This document shows positions 47,336 through 60,700 of a DNA stretch of 64,000 nucleotides, in pieces; position 1 is the stretch's first letter, and the number at the start of each line of letters is the position of its first letter. Under the pieces are notes generated by a model. It was not told the origin of the DNA, made no database searches, and saw only the letters and a program-made list of their open reading frames with translations. Made by a program: the position numbers and the translations under genes. The stretch spans positions 20,956-84,955 of IMG/VR virus record IMGVR_UViG_3300040802_000094, one strand, 5' to 3'. Source of the DNA: a virus.

Positions 47336-48652
47336 ATGGAAGACTTATTAGTTTGTGAGTCCTGGAGCTTTCTGTTTTCAGCAAAAACGCTGGAAACAGC
47401 ATTCAGGGCAATTCCTTTCCCTACAGATGTACTGATAGGGAACGACAGTATCGCCTTTGCTAAAGGCGGTACTGTCGCTATTGCCCACGGGAGTGGGATG
47501 AGTCCAGCCACAATCTGGTCTCAACTCACGCAAGGAAGCCGCTTCCCTTTGCTCGCGTATTCCCAGTTTTTTGAAACGGGAATACGAGAGCAAGATGACT
47601 CCGAGACCCAAATCGACTGCTACTGGATCGATTCGGGTCTCGGGGAGGGACTGGTATTCCTTCCCCAAAATGAGAATCCTATCGTCGAGGAAGAAATCGC
47701 GAGCCTGGGAGTAGGCTCACAAAAGAAAATGCCGAACTTCTCCTCGATCAAAAAGCTAGGGAAACGGCTCCCTAGCGAAACAAAGGAAGTCGTACCCTTG
47801 TTGAGAAAGATCTGGTTTCCGGCCTCGTCGGAAACCTCAAGCGATTCAAGGGTGATTTTGTCGATAGGCAAAAAAATCACCCTCCATCTGGGATGGGGGA
47901 AAATCAGTATTCCTTGCTCCGACTGGAGGTCGGATCCAGAAGACCGGACAGAGGAATGGGAGGTTGTCGATCCCATTCCTCTGAGTTACCCCGAGATGGA
48001 GGAAGTTTTCGTTTTTGGCTACAATGTTGTGGCCTCGGGGGAAAATCTGACGGTCGCAAAGGAAGCGATAAAAACCCGTTCCTTTACGACAAAAGAATAT
48101 CTTTTTGAGTGGGAAGACTATCAGAGGTTCTCCCTCGAAAAGGTGTGGGAGGCGATCGCCGAACTCCCGGGAGACGAAGTCGAAGTCTCGTTTTCCTCCC
48201 GAGGCCACCTCCTCCTCACCTCGGAGGGGGAACAAAAAAAGATTCGATCGAATCTTCGACCGGGCAAGCCCTTTATCCTTCCGGAGGGCAAAGCCCGGAT
48301 CGACTCTATTGCAATAGAGTCGCTATCGGAATGCGATTTCGGAGAAAACCCGGAAATTGCATTCCACCCAGACAAAAGTCTGTATTTTCGGATCTTTGCC
48401 GAAAGCACAGACTTTGATGGAGAATTTTACCCCCCTCTGCCTGACAGCCCGTTCCAGATCTACGTAGATCGGGGACTCCTCGACGGAACGGGGGGGTCGC
48501 AAGCTTTGGTCTCGAAAATGGAGGCAAGGTTGGCGGATGCCCCGCCTTCGAGATGGAAAGAGAGCATCGAGATGGCTCTCGAAGGAAACCCCGAAGGCTG
48601 GAAGGATATACAGGATTTTTACTGCGATTGCAGACGCCTGCAATCGCAGTAA
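47336..48652 (+). CDS. Hypothetical protein, possible divergent beta-clamp-like fold
   Basis: VWEAIAELPGDEVEVSFSSRGHLLL, YPPLP; TGGTATAAT extended -10 upstream. Confidence 0.6.
   Translation: MEDLLVCESWSFLFSAKTLETAFRAIPFPTDVLIGNDSIAFAKGGTVAIAHGSGMSPATIWSQLTQGSRFPLLAYSQFFETGIREQDDSETQIDCYWIDSGLGEGLVFLPQNENPIVEEEIASLGVGSQKKMPNFSSIKKLGKRLPSETKEVVPLLRKIWFPASSETSSDSRVILSIGKKITLHLGWGKISIPCSDWRSDPEDRTEEWEVVDPIPLSYPEMEEVFVFGYNVVASGENLTVAKEAIKTRSFTTKEYLFEWEDYQRFSLEKVWEAIAELPGDEVEVSFSSRGHLLLTSEGEQKKIRSNLRPGKPFILPEGKARIDSIAIESLSECDFGENPEIAFHPDKSLYFRIFAESTDFDGEFYPPLPDSPFQIYVDRGLLDGTGGSQALVSKMEARLADAPPSRWKESIEMALEGNPEGWKDIQDFYCDCRRLQSQ
48619..48652. repeat. 34-bp near-perfect palindrome with core TTGCAGACGCCTGCAA (copy 3)
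   Basis: TTACTGCGATTGCAG-ACGC-CTGCAATCGCAGTAA. Confidence 0.85.
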
Positions 48653-48739
48653 CCGAAAGACACCACTGAAGTCAGTGGTGTCTTTTTTTGTACCGACTCT
48701 GCTAAGATCTGCCTTGGACTGAACAGCATAAATATCTTT

Positions 48740-48784
48740 AAGCCCGCACCCCGGCATTACTGGGGTGCGGGCTTTCTTTTTTTT
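48740..48784 (+). terminator. Terminator-like hairpin abutting the tape measure start codon
   Basis: AAGCCCGCACCCCGG-CATTA-CTGGGGTGCGGGCTTTCTTTTTTTTGT-ATG. Confidence 0.65.
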
Positions 48785-48786
48785 GT

Positions 48787-51700
48787 ATGGCGGATCAATA
48801 CGGTATCCAGGCAACTTTTCTCTTTGACGTCCCGACCGAAGCGTTTTCGACGATCGATCGGGTCATTTCTCAGTTGCAGGAACTAGATCGCGTCGTCCGC
48901 CAGATCGAAGGAGGGATGTCGGGCGGCGGTTTCGGCCAACAGCTCAAAAAGTCCATGGCTACCGCATCGAAGTCGGTGACAGGCGTGGGTCGAGCCGTCG
49001 GCACGATCGCGGACGAAGCCAAAGAAGCCAAGAAGCGACTGAAACCCCTCAAAGAAGAGTTTGCCGCGATCCGTGCGGAAGCGCGCAATGTCGAGTTCGG
49101 CGAAGACATTTTCGACGAGAAGAAGATAAAACAGGCGGAACGAGCGATCCGGCAGTACAAGAGATCCCTCGATCGCCTCGGAGAGTCCGTCCGGGGATCG
49201 AGTGCGCCGGAGCGAAAATTTTTAGCCGACCTGCAAAAACAGAAGCAGGTTATGGATTCGCGAGTAGAAATGCAGCGAACCCAGCGTACGGCGGCGCGTG
49301 CGTCGCAAAGGATAGGAGAATTCGCGGCGCTAGAAGGTGCCGGAAAGGCGATCGCCGCACCCCTTACCGCGATCGCCAAAGACGCGATCGCGGTATTTGC
49401 AGGTTTCGACGCGAAGATGGCCGGAGTCGCCGCAGTGAGCGGAGCGAAAGGCGAAGATCTGAAAGCGCTGCGATCGCTCGCCAAAAAAATGGGCGCTTCC
49501 ACCAAATTTTCAGCCTCCCAGGCGGCGGAAGCTCAATCTTTTCTAGGGATGGCCGGATTCAAGACCAATCAAATCCTGGAAGCGCTACCCGCAACGTTGG
49601 ACTTGGCTGCAGCCGGGAACTTGGATTTGGGGCAGGCTGCGGACATCGCCTCCAACGCTATTTCCGCCTTCGGCCTGAAAGCGGAAGAGACGCGCCGGGT
49701 TGCCGACGTGATGGCGAAGGTCGCGGCGAGTGCGAATACCAGCGTTTCCCAGCTCGGCGAAGCCTTCGCCTACGCCGCACCTGCGGCGCACGATTTTGGG
49801 ATGCGGATGGAGGAAGCGACTGCCCTGCTCGGCGTGGCGGGAAATATCGGCATTCAGGCTAGTGCGGCAGGGACTGCCCTACGGGCGGGGGCAATCGAGC
49901 TGACTAAAGCCGACAAGCAAAATATGCTGTTGGAAAAGCTCGGCGTAACGGTCGTAGACGCGGAGACAGGAGTCGCGCGGAATATTATCTCGATCGTCGG
50001 GGATATCCGCGATTCCATGCGGACTCGTTTTAGGGGAGAGAACTTCCTGGCAGAGATGGAGGCGATCCAGGAAAAAGTTAAAACCCAAGGCGGGAATATC
50101 GAAGAAGAGTTGAAAAAACTGGAGGAGAAATACCCGCAACAGGCCGAAGGCTTGACGACCCTCGCCAATGTATTCGGCAAAACGGCGGTGTCGTTTTGGA
50201 GCGGCCAGGTTTCTCAATATGAAGTTCTCGTTCACGACTCCCTCCAAGCCCTGGCGGCAACGGTGGATACGAACGCCCTCGAAGAGGTGATGTACGCTTC
50301 GATCGAAGGATTGCGCGAGGCCGAAGGCAAGGATCTGTTTGGGAAGCTTGCGACCCAGGCCGGATCCTACGAAGGAGCCGTCAAGCTTTTACAGGTCGGA
50401 CTGAGGGGACTGTCCGAGTCCGGAAGGGAGACGACGGGCGCCGCCGAGGCTATGGCGAAAATCATGAGCAACAACCTCGAAGGCGCTTTCGTTTCCCTCG
50501 GATCGGCGATCGAGGGATTCAAGATCGCTTATATCGAGCCAATTTCTCCTTTAATTGCGGGGGTCGTCAACGGAATTACGGAGATCGTCCGCTTCCTGAC
50601 GCAACTGCCCGCTCCAATTCGCTTTTTGATCGGGATTGCCGGAACCCTGGCCGTGACGCTCAGTGCCTTGGCGATCGCCGTCGGGGGAATGGGTATCGTT
50701 CTCTTCGGATTCTCGAACGCAATGGCGACGGCCAAGGCGGCGACGATCGCCCTCAACGGCGCCGCCATCCCCCTGACGGGATTCTTTGAGAAAGCGATGG
50801 GAGCCTGGGAAGGAACTTCACCGATCGAGACGGCGTTGAAAACGTCGAGTTTTGCCGTCGAAGACTTTCAGGAGGCCGCCACTCTCGCCTTCTCTGAGGT
50901 ATGGTCGGGACTGAAGACCTTCGCCGTGCGGACGAAAGCGGCGACCTTCGCAATGGCTCAGAATTTCTTGATGGTTTCGCGAGCTTTTGCGACGTCTCCC
51001 CTGGGTATCAGTATTATCTCGATAATCGCGCTCAACGAATTGATGCGGCGGGCAGTTCCCGGAGTCAACCTGTTCGCCGCCGCCGCCAGCGCCTTGGGGG
51101 GAGTTCTCGGTTTTGTTTCGGGGATCTTCCAAGGACTCGGGGACGTTGTAATGGAGGTAATCGGAGATAACCTGAAAGCCGTTTTTGCGGTATTTTCGAC
51201 TCCCCTGTTGCAAGCGGAAGACTCGATCGTTTCCTTTTTGTCAGCTTTTCGGGACTTGAGTACGGTTGGGCGAAAAATCGGGCGAGACTTGGGGCGAATC
51301 ATCCTCTCTCCATTCACGTTGCTGAAAAATACGATCTCCGGCGTCCTCGGGATCGGACTCGATTTCATCTCGGACAGGCTGAGCCTGATCGCGAGCGTCA
51401 TCAAATTGTTCACCGACTTCATGACGGGACGGATGGCGGGTCCCGAAGATTTCGTCAAGAATCGCTGGAATGTCGTCGGACAGATGGCAATGCACGTCCT
51501 CGCCTCGTGGCGAATTGCCGTCGGCATTATCCAAGGGCTGTGGAACTTTCTCGTTTCGATCGCCATTCGAGTGGGGGGCGCGATCGTCGGCGCCCTCAAT
51601 CACGGCGCCGCCGACGTCACCCGGATAGCCTGGCAGAAGACCGCGATCGCCGTCCTCGAATATATGAAACAGATGGCGATCGCGGCGTGGGAATTCGGCA

Positions 51701-54700
51701 GGCAAATTGCCATTACCCTTGCCGGACGCGCGGTCGGTTTCGCGATCGCGGCGTGGGACGCCCTTTCCGAGAAACTGAAAGTTGTTGCCGCGATCGGACG
51801 TAACGCGATCGCGGGGCTGGAGATGCCAGATTGGGTCGCTTCCGCGTGGACGGCGATCGCGACTTCCATTTCTTTAGTCGTGGAGTCGTTTAGATCGCTC
51901 AAGATTCCGGACTTGGAAGGAATTGATTTTTCGAGTCTGGGGTTTTCTCTTTCCGGAGTGGGGCTGAGTTCCAAGGCGTTCCTCGACTGGGTTGCCAATG
52001 CCGCTTCCGAAAAGTTTGCCCTCTTGGAAAGTGCGGCGATCTTCGGGTGGTCGCAAATGCAACGAGCCGGGTCGCTGACTGCGGATGCGTGGCGGTCGGT
52101 CGAGGCTACGCTATTTTCGGTGTGGCAAAACATCGCGAATTTTGCGTCTCGGATAGGAGAGGCGATTGTCGGCGCCCTCAATCACGGTGCCGCCGACGTC
52201 ACCCGAGCGGCCTGGCAAAATGCCGCGATCGCCGTCATCGGATACATGAAGCAGATGGCGATCGCGGCGTGGGATATGGCGATGGAAATCGTCGCGCCGA
52301 TCGCGACGATCGTCGTTACGGAGGTTCAAAAGTCCTGGGCGGAAATCGCTCGGAATTTTGGGGATATAGGGAAAGTCGTCGAATCCGCCCTGCCGGGAAT
52401 CGGGATTCCGACTTGGATTGTCAACGGATGGAAGGCGGTCTCCACGGCGATCGCCTCGGTCGGCGACACCCTGGCATCCCTCCGCGTCCCCAGCTTCGGA
52501 GGTCTCGATTTTTCTCGGGCCAGCGTTTCTTTGGCGGGAGTGGGACTGAGTTCCAACGCCGCCAAAGACGCGATCGCGGCAACGGCGTCGGAAGGCTTCG
52601 ACAAAATGCGCGGCGCCGCCATCTCAAGCTGGGAAGAAATGGATCGGGCGGCGGAAAGAACCGCTCAAGCGTGGAAGGATACCCGCGACTCCTTCCTGTC
52701 GGTTTGGCAGTTCGTCGCCGGATTCGCTTCTCGGATCGGAGGGGCGATCGTCAACGCCCTCAATCACGGCGCCGCCGACGTCACCGAGGCGGCATGGATT
52801 CGTGCTACTGCGGCGATCGTCGAAAGCATAAAAGGGATCGTAGGGACGGCGATCGCGGCGAGTTCGGCAATTGTCGGTTCGATGGCGATCGCCGTTTCGG
52901 AGCGACTCGGAGATGCCTGGACGTTCGCCTCGACGAAGGCAGGAGATCTGTCGGCTGTCGCGACTTCGGCTGTCGCGGCGATGGAAGTCCCCCAATGGAT
53001 TCTCGACGTATGGCACGCGATCGCCGACGCCATCTCTTCGGCGGGGCAGGCGTTGAAGGCGATCGAGATGCCCAATTTCGGGGGTCTCGACTTTTCCGCG
53101 ATCGGTTCGTCGCTACTGGCAAGCATTGCGGGACTTCGATCGAATCTCTCTCCGATAACTGCGGGAATCGCCCCGACTCCGTCCTCGACCCTCGTCGCCT
53201 GGGGGGCGAAGGATGTCATCGAGGAGGGCTGGGATCGTCCTCATCGAGCGATTGACGCGATCGAATCCCGAAAAGTCACCTACTCGAAAAACTTCAACCC
53301 CGAAACGGGAGCCATCATTATCCCGTCGAACCCTATCGGGGACAAGCTGTGGGAATTTCGGGAGAAGCTTTCCAACTTCCCCGCCTGGCTCGAAGGACAA
53401 AAAAGGCAACTGGAGGAAGAGAAACGGATCGAGGCGGAACGCAGGGAGGCCAATCGCTTGAAGCGAGAGATGGCCAAACAACAGGCGGCGGAAGAGCGGG
53501 CGAACTCTCCCAATTTTTTCCAAAAAATGTGGATTCGGGCGGTGGGGGCGATCGAAGTCAAAGCGCGGGCGGTGGGCGATCGCGTCTCGAACTTTATCTC
53601 CGAAGCGGCCTTGGGACTGTTCGGGCAGGGGACGATCGATTTCTGGACGACGCAATTCGACCTGTACGGACAGGCGATCGACAACGGAGTCGCCAAGTAT
53701 CGAGAAATTATCGACGTCGCGCAAGGGGTCGAGGGGGCGACTGCCTCCTGGCAACAGAAGTTGGTGGCGATCGTCCTCGCGATTAAAGAGATCTTTACGT
53801 CCCTCAACCAGGTTCGCAAAAACTTCATGGCGGCAGAAGAAAGCTTTATCGAGAAGTATTTCGAGCATTTCTCCGTTTCCGCCATGATGGCGTCCGTCGC
53901 CGCTTCGATGCCGATGGGGTTGCTCGGCGCGAAGCTGCCGGGACTGAAGATTCCGGGAGGACTCGACAAGATGGCCAGCGAGACCGTCCGCAAGGTCGGC
54001 ATGGGAGAATTCTCCCCGATCTTCGAGGCGATCGAGTCTCCCGGCATCCCTACGGGACTCATGCGAATGCTGCCGGGCATCGTCGCGATCGCCACCTCCC
54101 AAGGATTCTTCGACGGACTGAATCAAGGGGTCTCTCACTTCCTGGAAAATAGCGAGATCCACGCGAAGGCATTTGCAAATAATTTCTTCAACGCCCTCGG
54201 TCCCGGACTGTCCCAGGTCCTCGACCAACAATTCGGGCTAACCCGGGAAAAGGTAGACACCTTCCTCACGGATCTGTTCCAAGGGGGGCTGTTTACCTGG
54301 AAGGAAGGGGGAGAAGGCTGGGAGGCCGAGTACTCGGTTATGACGAGCGGCTTGCTGGAATACTTCCAGGGGGTCGGCGAAACCCTCAACGACGTATCGG
54401 AAGGATTCAAGCCCATTTTCCACGCTTTTGCCACGTGGAAGCCTATCCCGTTCCTGCCCCCGATCGCGGAACTGCTCGTAGTCGAAAGCTTTATTGCGGG
54501 CATCGGAGATTTGCTGCAATCTCCGGCGCTGAGGGGGATTGGGAAATTCGTCCTCGTCACCCTTCCCGGCTCGATCCTCGCCGTAGTCGGAGCGATCTCC
54601 GGCATGGTGCTGGCGGCGATCGCCCTGATCGGGAAATTGGCCATTTCTGCCCTCAAGGCGCTCGGAATCCTCAAGGATCAAACGAAGGAAGCCGGGGGGG

Positions 54701-57700
54701 TTTTCGTTCGGGCGATCGGAGTCGCCTTCACTTGGATAGAAAAACTGATGGCACGAATCCCCTACGTCGGCAAGCATCTCGCAAAGGCGATGCGATGGTC
54801 GTTCGACCTGTTGGGGAGGGTGTTCGACTACCTCGGGCAGAAAATGCCGATCGTTTTCGGCCAAGTCCAAAAATATGGCGGCATCGTCTGGAACGTTTTT
54901 CAGACGTCGATTTTTCCCGTCATCAAAAACTTGACCGACGAGATGTTCTCCGGGGCGAGATACTTGTTCGACAAAGGATTCCTCCCTTTGTTTAAGTTTT
55001 TGCAGCTCATTCTCGGCCCCAAGCTGTGGTTGCTGTACATCCGAACGAAAGGACTGAAGGGGGTCACGAAAGGAATCAATCCGATCGATATCGGCATTAC
55101 CCTCGGAGAGGGAATTATCAACGGCATCAGCCATGTCCTGACGGGGAGACCCGCGAATTTGATTCGCACGCTGATCGGGGCGATCGTCGGCGAAGCCTTC
55201 CCGATGGACGTCCTCCAGAGCAAGATGCGAAGCGCCAACATGATTTTGGCAACCGTGCAGCAGCAAAAGCAATTTATGCGTACGGGGAAAGTGCCAAAGA
55301 TCGAAGGAATTACCGTTCAGGTTCTCAACACCTTGCGACTGATCTCCCCCCTCACGCAGATCGCGGCGCGGCTGACTCTGACTCTGTCCATGTGGTACAG
55401 CCTACTCAAGCCAATTACTCCGGGGATGCTCTTGGCGATCCGCCACTGGGAAGAAATTCACTACAAGATTTCGGTAATCTCTCCGGCGTTGGGGATCCTT
55501 CGCTTTATCTTCGTCGATACGATCGACTTGGCGATCGCGGCAGGCAAGGCATTTTACCAAGCCTTCCAGTTTATCGGCTGGGCGGTCGGCGGTGCCACGA
55601 CCCAAATTGTCAAAGGGATCCAACTGGTCATTTGGGGAATGACGATCGCGGCGCGGGCGGCGACACTCGCGATCCTCGTCCCGATCCGCGCCCTCCTGGA
55701 GGGACTGCGACTGGGGATGCTGGTGTTCCGCGAGCTGACAAAAACGGTCGGGTCGGTCGTGCTGGATATCAAGAACAACCTAGACGCGATCGTCAAGGAT
55801 ATCGGAGAAGGATTTTGGACCTTCTTTAAAGAAGGGGATATTCGCCCGTTTGCGAAGGCGATTTTCACTGCGATATTTCGGATCGGCAAGATCTCCTTAG
55901 ATATGGCGTTCCTCTATTTCGGGATCCTTCGCCGCGAATTTATCATTTGGGCTTTCATTACGGGGAAAGCGCTGTTCTCGACTTTGGTCAAAGAAGGCCC
56001 CACGATCGTCTGGAGGACGCTCAAGTTTATCGTCAGCTTGACTTTCGAGGCGATCTCTTGGGTCGGGAGACAGATCGCGTCCGCGATCGATCGCGCGTTC
56101 GCGGCGATCCGAAACCGCATCGTCGCTCCGACGATCGCCGCCGTCCTCCACTTCCACAAAACACTTACGGATACGATTCAAGCATTGCAGGGAGCGAGCC
56201 GACCCGCCGCCGCCTTGCAGGCCATCATCCTCGAAACGCTCGCCGCCGTCGCCGCCGTCGCCCTGTTATTTCCGAAGTACGGCTTGCTCTCAAAAACGGG
56301 AGCTTACGCCTGGGCGCAATCGCTATTCGCGCAAAAAATGAGCCTCCTGACCTTGCTCAAGATCGGGGGGCCGATCGGGTTTTTTGCCTTTGCCGCCTAC
56401 GAAGCCCTGACTGGATTCAAGGAGATCGACGCCGTCCTCAACAAGATCGGCCTGAGCATCAAAGACGTCGAGAACCTGTTTCTTCGCCTGCTCAACAACT
56501 TGACGGCAAAACCGGACTTCGGCCTTGCCGAAAGGATCGGCGGATTTTTGAAAGGCGCCATTCAGATTTTCCCCATCGTCCTGGGAGCGCTCACCGTCTT
56601 CGGGGCGCTGATCAAGAAGGATATTTTCTTCGGAGTCAAACTCGTTTTTACGGCGATCGGGAAGACAATCAACGCCGTTTCCCATTTGGTATTTCTGTTC
56701 CGATCGATCAAGGAATTGATCTTCTCGATCTCCCTCAAACCTCAAGTCCTCAAAGGGATTCACGTCGCGCGATCGCTGACCGGGACTTACGGCAGCGAGG
56801 AAGAGAAGCAGACCCGAGGCGCGGAAGCGGCGATGGCCAAAGACGCACTGAAGCTCCAAAAAATAGTGCGTAGAAACCAAGACCGACTCGACACGCAGAA
56901 GATAATCCAGCAAGCAAAACAGCATCCCGAACTGTTTGGAGACCTCACCCGACGGGAGCGAGTTCGCAAGGGAGGGTTCCTCGGCTTCGGGGCTTCCTTG
57001 AGAGAAGAAACGGTCTTGTCGAACAAGGGTCACCAACTGCTGGCCAAAATGCGCCAAGGCGCCTACGAAACGGGATCGGGAGAATTTGCGGATGCTTCGC
57101 TAATCGGCCACGCGAGCAAAATTGGCGGCACGCTGATCGGCCTCGCCCCCGAACGATTGAGGGAGCTGGCGAAAGAAGCTTCCCCGGATCTCGAAGACCT
57201 CTCGAACGCACTCGAACGGATGAAATTGCAAAAAGTTTCAAAATCCGAAGTGCAGAAAATGTACGTCGCCAACTTGGTGGGATTCGGGGGGCAGGGGAGA
57301 TCGGGGGAAACCCTCAACAAAGAACAGATCGTATCCAGGCTGGTGCAAGGCGAGAAGTCGCCACTCTTCGTTCGGGAAGGACAAAAGTTGTCGCGCAAAA
57401 AGTTTTTGAGGTCTCAAGGGGTCGATTTGGGCGACGAACCGTATGGCGAACACGGTCCTTATACGGGGATTCCCGAAGCAACGATCGAAAAAACCGAGCC
57501 TTACGAGCGACTTTACGCTTATTTAAAAAATGCGAGCGGGATCCCCCTACAGTACGAATCGACTTTTTCGGCGATTCAGGATCAAATACAGCAGGGAGGC
57601 GCGATCTCCAACTGGAAATTCCAAACGCAAGATACAATCCTCGACATGATCTCCGACCCGCAGGAGAAAGGAAAGATCGTCGGGGCGATCGATCGCGCAC

Positions 57701-60700
57701 TCGCTCGTATCAAAGAAGCGAACTTATACCAAAGTTCGCCGACGCTCATCCCTGCGGGAGATGAATCGACTGGTATTGCAATGGGCTTCCTCGCGGAAGA
57801 GGTGTCGAAAGCGTACAAAGATCTCTCGATCGAGGAGATGGGGCGGATGACTCCCGCTCACTTCGAGAATCTCAAGAAACAAGTCGAGCAAACGATCGCG
57901 CAGGATGTCACTCAAGCTACAAATCGGGCTTTTTCCTCGCACAAAGTCGATCCGGAATTCATCGCGATCGTCAAAAGCTCCAAGGTAAAGCCCGGGATTC
58001 TGGGGATTTTCGACCCCGTATTCAAGACGCTCAAAAAATCTTTAGGTGGGGCGCTAGACTCCGTCATCGATACCGTCCCCTTCCTCGCCCAAATCGTCCG
58101 AGGAAAAGAAGCTCGCTTGAACGCCCAAAGGGCAGATTCGATCAACGCCCGTATCAAGGCACTTCGAGACGAAAAGAGGATAGGGAGAAAAGACGTCGAT
58201 CGCATCCGCGCCTTGCAGCGCGAAGCCAATTTATCCAAGGATCGATCACGGCAGTCCCGCTCCTATCGCGGTATCGCCCAAATCCTCGAAGTCGATCCCG
58301 CAGCGATCGCCAATCCCTCCTTATCCTTGGAGGACATGACCTACGTCAAAGAGCGTCGCAACGAGATGATCCGCGAATTTCGCAGGCAGCAGGGCAGCAT
58401 CCAGACCGCCTTCACCCACGAAGACCTGACGATCCCGTTCGACGACGAGAAACTTTCGGCGATCGACAAGCTGATCGAAACGGGGTACTTCGATCCGAAG
58501 GCGTCTTACGTTACCAAAAAAGTCGGCAACAAATCCATCTCGGAAAAGTGGCTGACCAGTCTCTCCAAGGCATCCAGCCTCCGGGAATCGGAATTAATCG
58601 AGATGTTTTCCGCAGAGGCGATTCTGAAATCGAGACAGAGAAGCCTGAAAGAGCAGATCTTGATTTTCACGGGACTCAAAAAAAGCGAAATCAACTACGG
58701 CAGACAACTCAAAGAACTGACCAACAACCTCCAGCGACTGCAACGCCTCCACGAAACCAAGCAACTGAAAGCGAGGGAGCGGGAGCGAACCTTACTCCTC
58801 CAACGCGAGAAGGCATTTTCGGAGCATTTCAGAAAGCTCGGAATCGGGGAACAGTCCTTCTTTGCAGGACTCGAACGAATTCAAAGAGAGCGACTGCTCG
58901 ACTTTAAGCGAACCGGAAACCTCGAAAAGGCGGTTCCCAAAGGGGAACGGCAGCAGTTCAATCAAATCATCCAGCAGTTGAGCGGACACGGCACCGCCAA
59001 AAGCTTCATGGCAGCCCTGGCGGAGAAAAAAGCTACGGCAAGCCCCGAAGTCCTCAAAAGTATCAAGGAGATCGAAGAGCAGTTCGCCGCGATCGATGTC
59101 AACCCGCAGATATTTCAAAAGCAGAAGAATCGTAACAGACTGATTGAAACCCTGCGCCAAGAAATCTCCGACGCAGGGCTGACGACGGGGCCACAGCAAA
59201 ATCTGCAGGCAGCACAGCAGACAATAGCAAGAATAGTTACAGGTTGGGGCGACGTCAGCGAGCAAAAAGAATACTCGCGGCTGTTTTATCAATTCGCGGT
59301 CAAGGGAAAAGAAACGATGGCGATGGCCGACGCCGAACTGGCGGAAATGGCCAAGAACTTGAAACTCGTCGATAACTTGGCCGACGAAGCGGATGCGGCG
59401 GACGCAATGAGGGAATTCGGAACTCGCAGTCTGAGGTCGTATCCGAAAACCTTTGCGGATAGCTTGGTCGATTTCCAGAAATCGGTACAAAAGATCTTCA
59501 TCACTGCCGACCTGAGCGTCAAGCGCATCTTCAAGGAGATGTCAAACGTCAACATGCTCGGGTTTCACCCCCTCCGAAAAGTCTCGGACTTAATCCGCCA
59601 CCAGTTTTACAGTCCGATCCACAATTTATTCGTCGGGGTCAATCGCCAATTCGAGAGCGCGATCGCCAAGATCGGACAGCTCAATATCGAATCCAAGCGA
59701 AAAACAAAAGACTTCTTCGTCAATTTGCCCGGCGTCAAGCAAGTACTGGACGTGCGGAAGAGTCACGAGCAGGAAGCGGGCAGGAGCCTCGAAGCCTTAA
59801 TCAAAAAGGTGGGGGTCGGCAGCTTGGGCGAGTTCGAGCGTAACTTCACCAACGCCCTAAAGGATCCGAATGTCGGCGACAAGAAATTCAAGTCGCGGCA
59901 GGTGAGCGAGATACTGAGATCGATGTTTTTGTCGGGAGACAGGGGGATCGCGGAAGAAATTAGAGGATCCTCCGACGCGGAAGTCAGTGGATCTCTAGAC
60001 GCGGTCGTGAAAGCTTTTGCCCGAACTCTCGAAATCAGCGAAACGGAAGCGCGGCAATTGTTTGGCAAAGACGAGAATACCAAGCTGCTGACAAAGCCAC
60101 TCAAAAGTCTCGGACGAAAATACCTCGAAGCCGTCACGGTCGAGCCGATCAAATGGCTTTTCCATGCGATTCCCAAAATTCCCGGACAGATTATGGCGGC
60201 TCCGTCGAAAATCAAGGCGGGAATCGAAGAGATCAAAGCAATCCCCGATCGCACCACGTCGTGGATGACGGGAATCGCGGACTCGATTTCGTCCGCCTTC
60301 CGAAAGCTGTCGGAAAACGTCAACAAATCCGTCAGTAAGGTGCAAGGGGCGACTCGGATTAGTTGGGGCGATCGCCTCAAAAACTTTTTTATCGGAATCG
60401 GCGACTTTTTCCTATTCGGCAAAACGGCTTCGACGCTGAAGACACGACTCTCCCGACTCCAGAAGATCAACAAAAAGGTCGAAACGAGTACCCGAGCCGC
60501 ACTCGTTGACGGAAAAATCCAGAAAATCCCGCGCTTTCAACCACGGAGGGCAGAGCAGTATCGACAAATCCCGCCGACATACGCGCTTAAAAGTGGACTG
60601 GATCCCCGTTCCGTCTCTCCGGAGGTATTGCGCGCGCTGCAACCTCAACCCACCGCGATCGCGCCCGGACTAGCCCCTCCATCCCCGGGAGGGGCGATCG

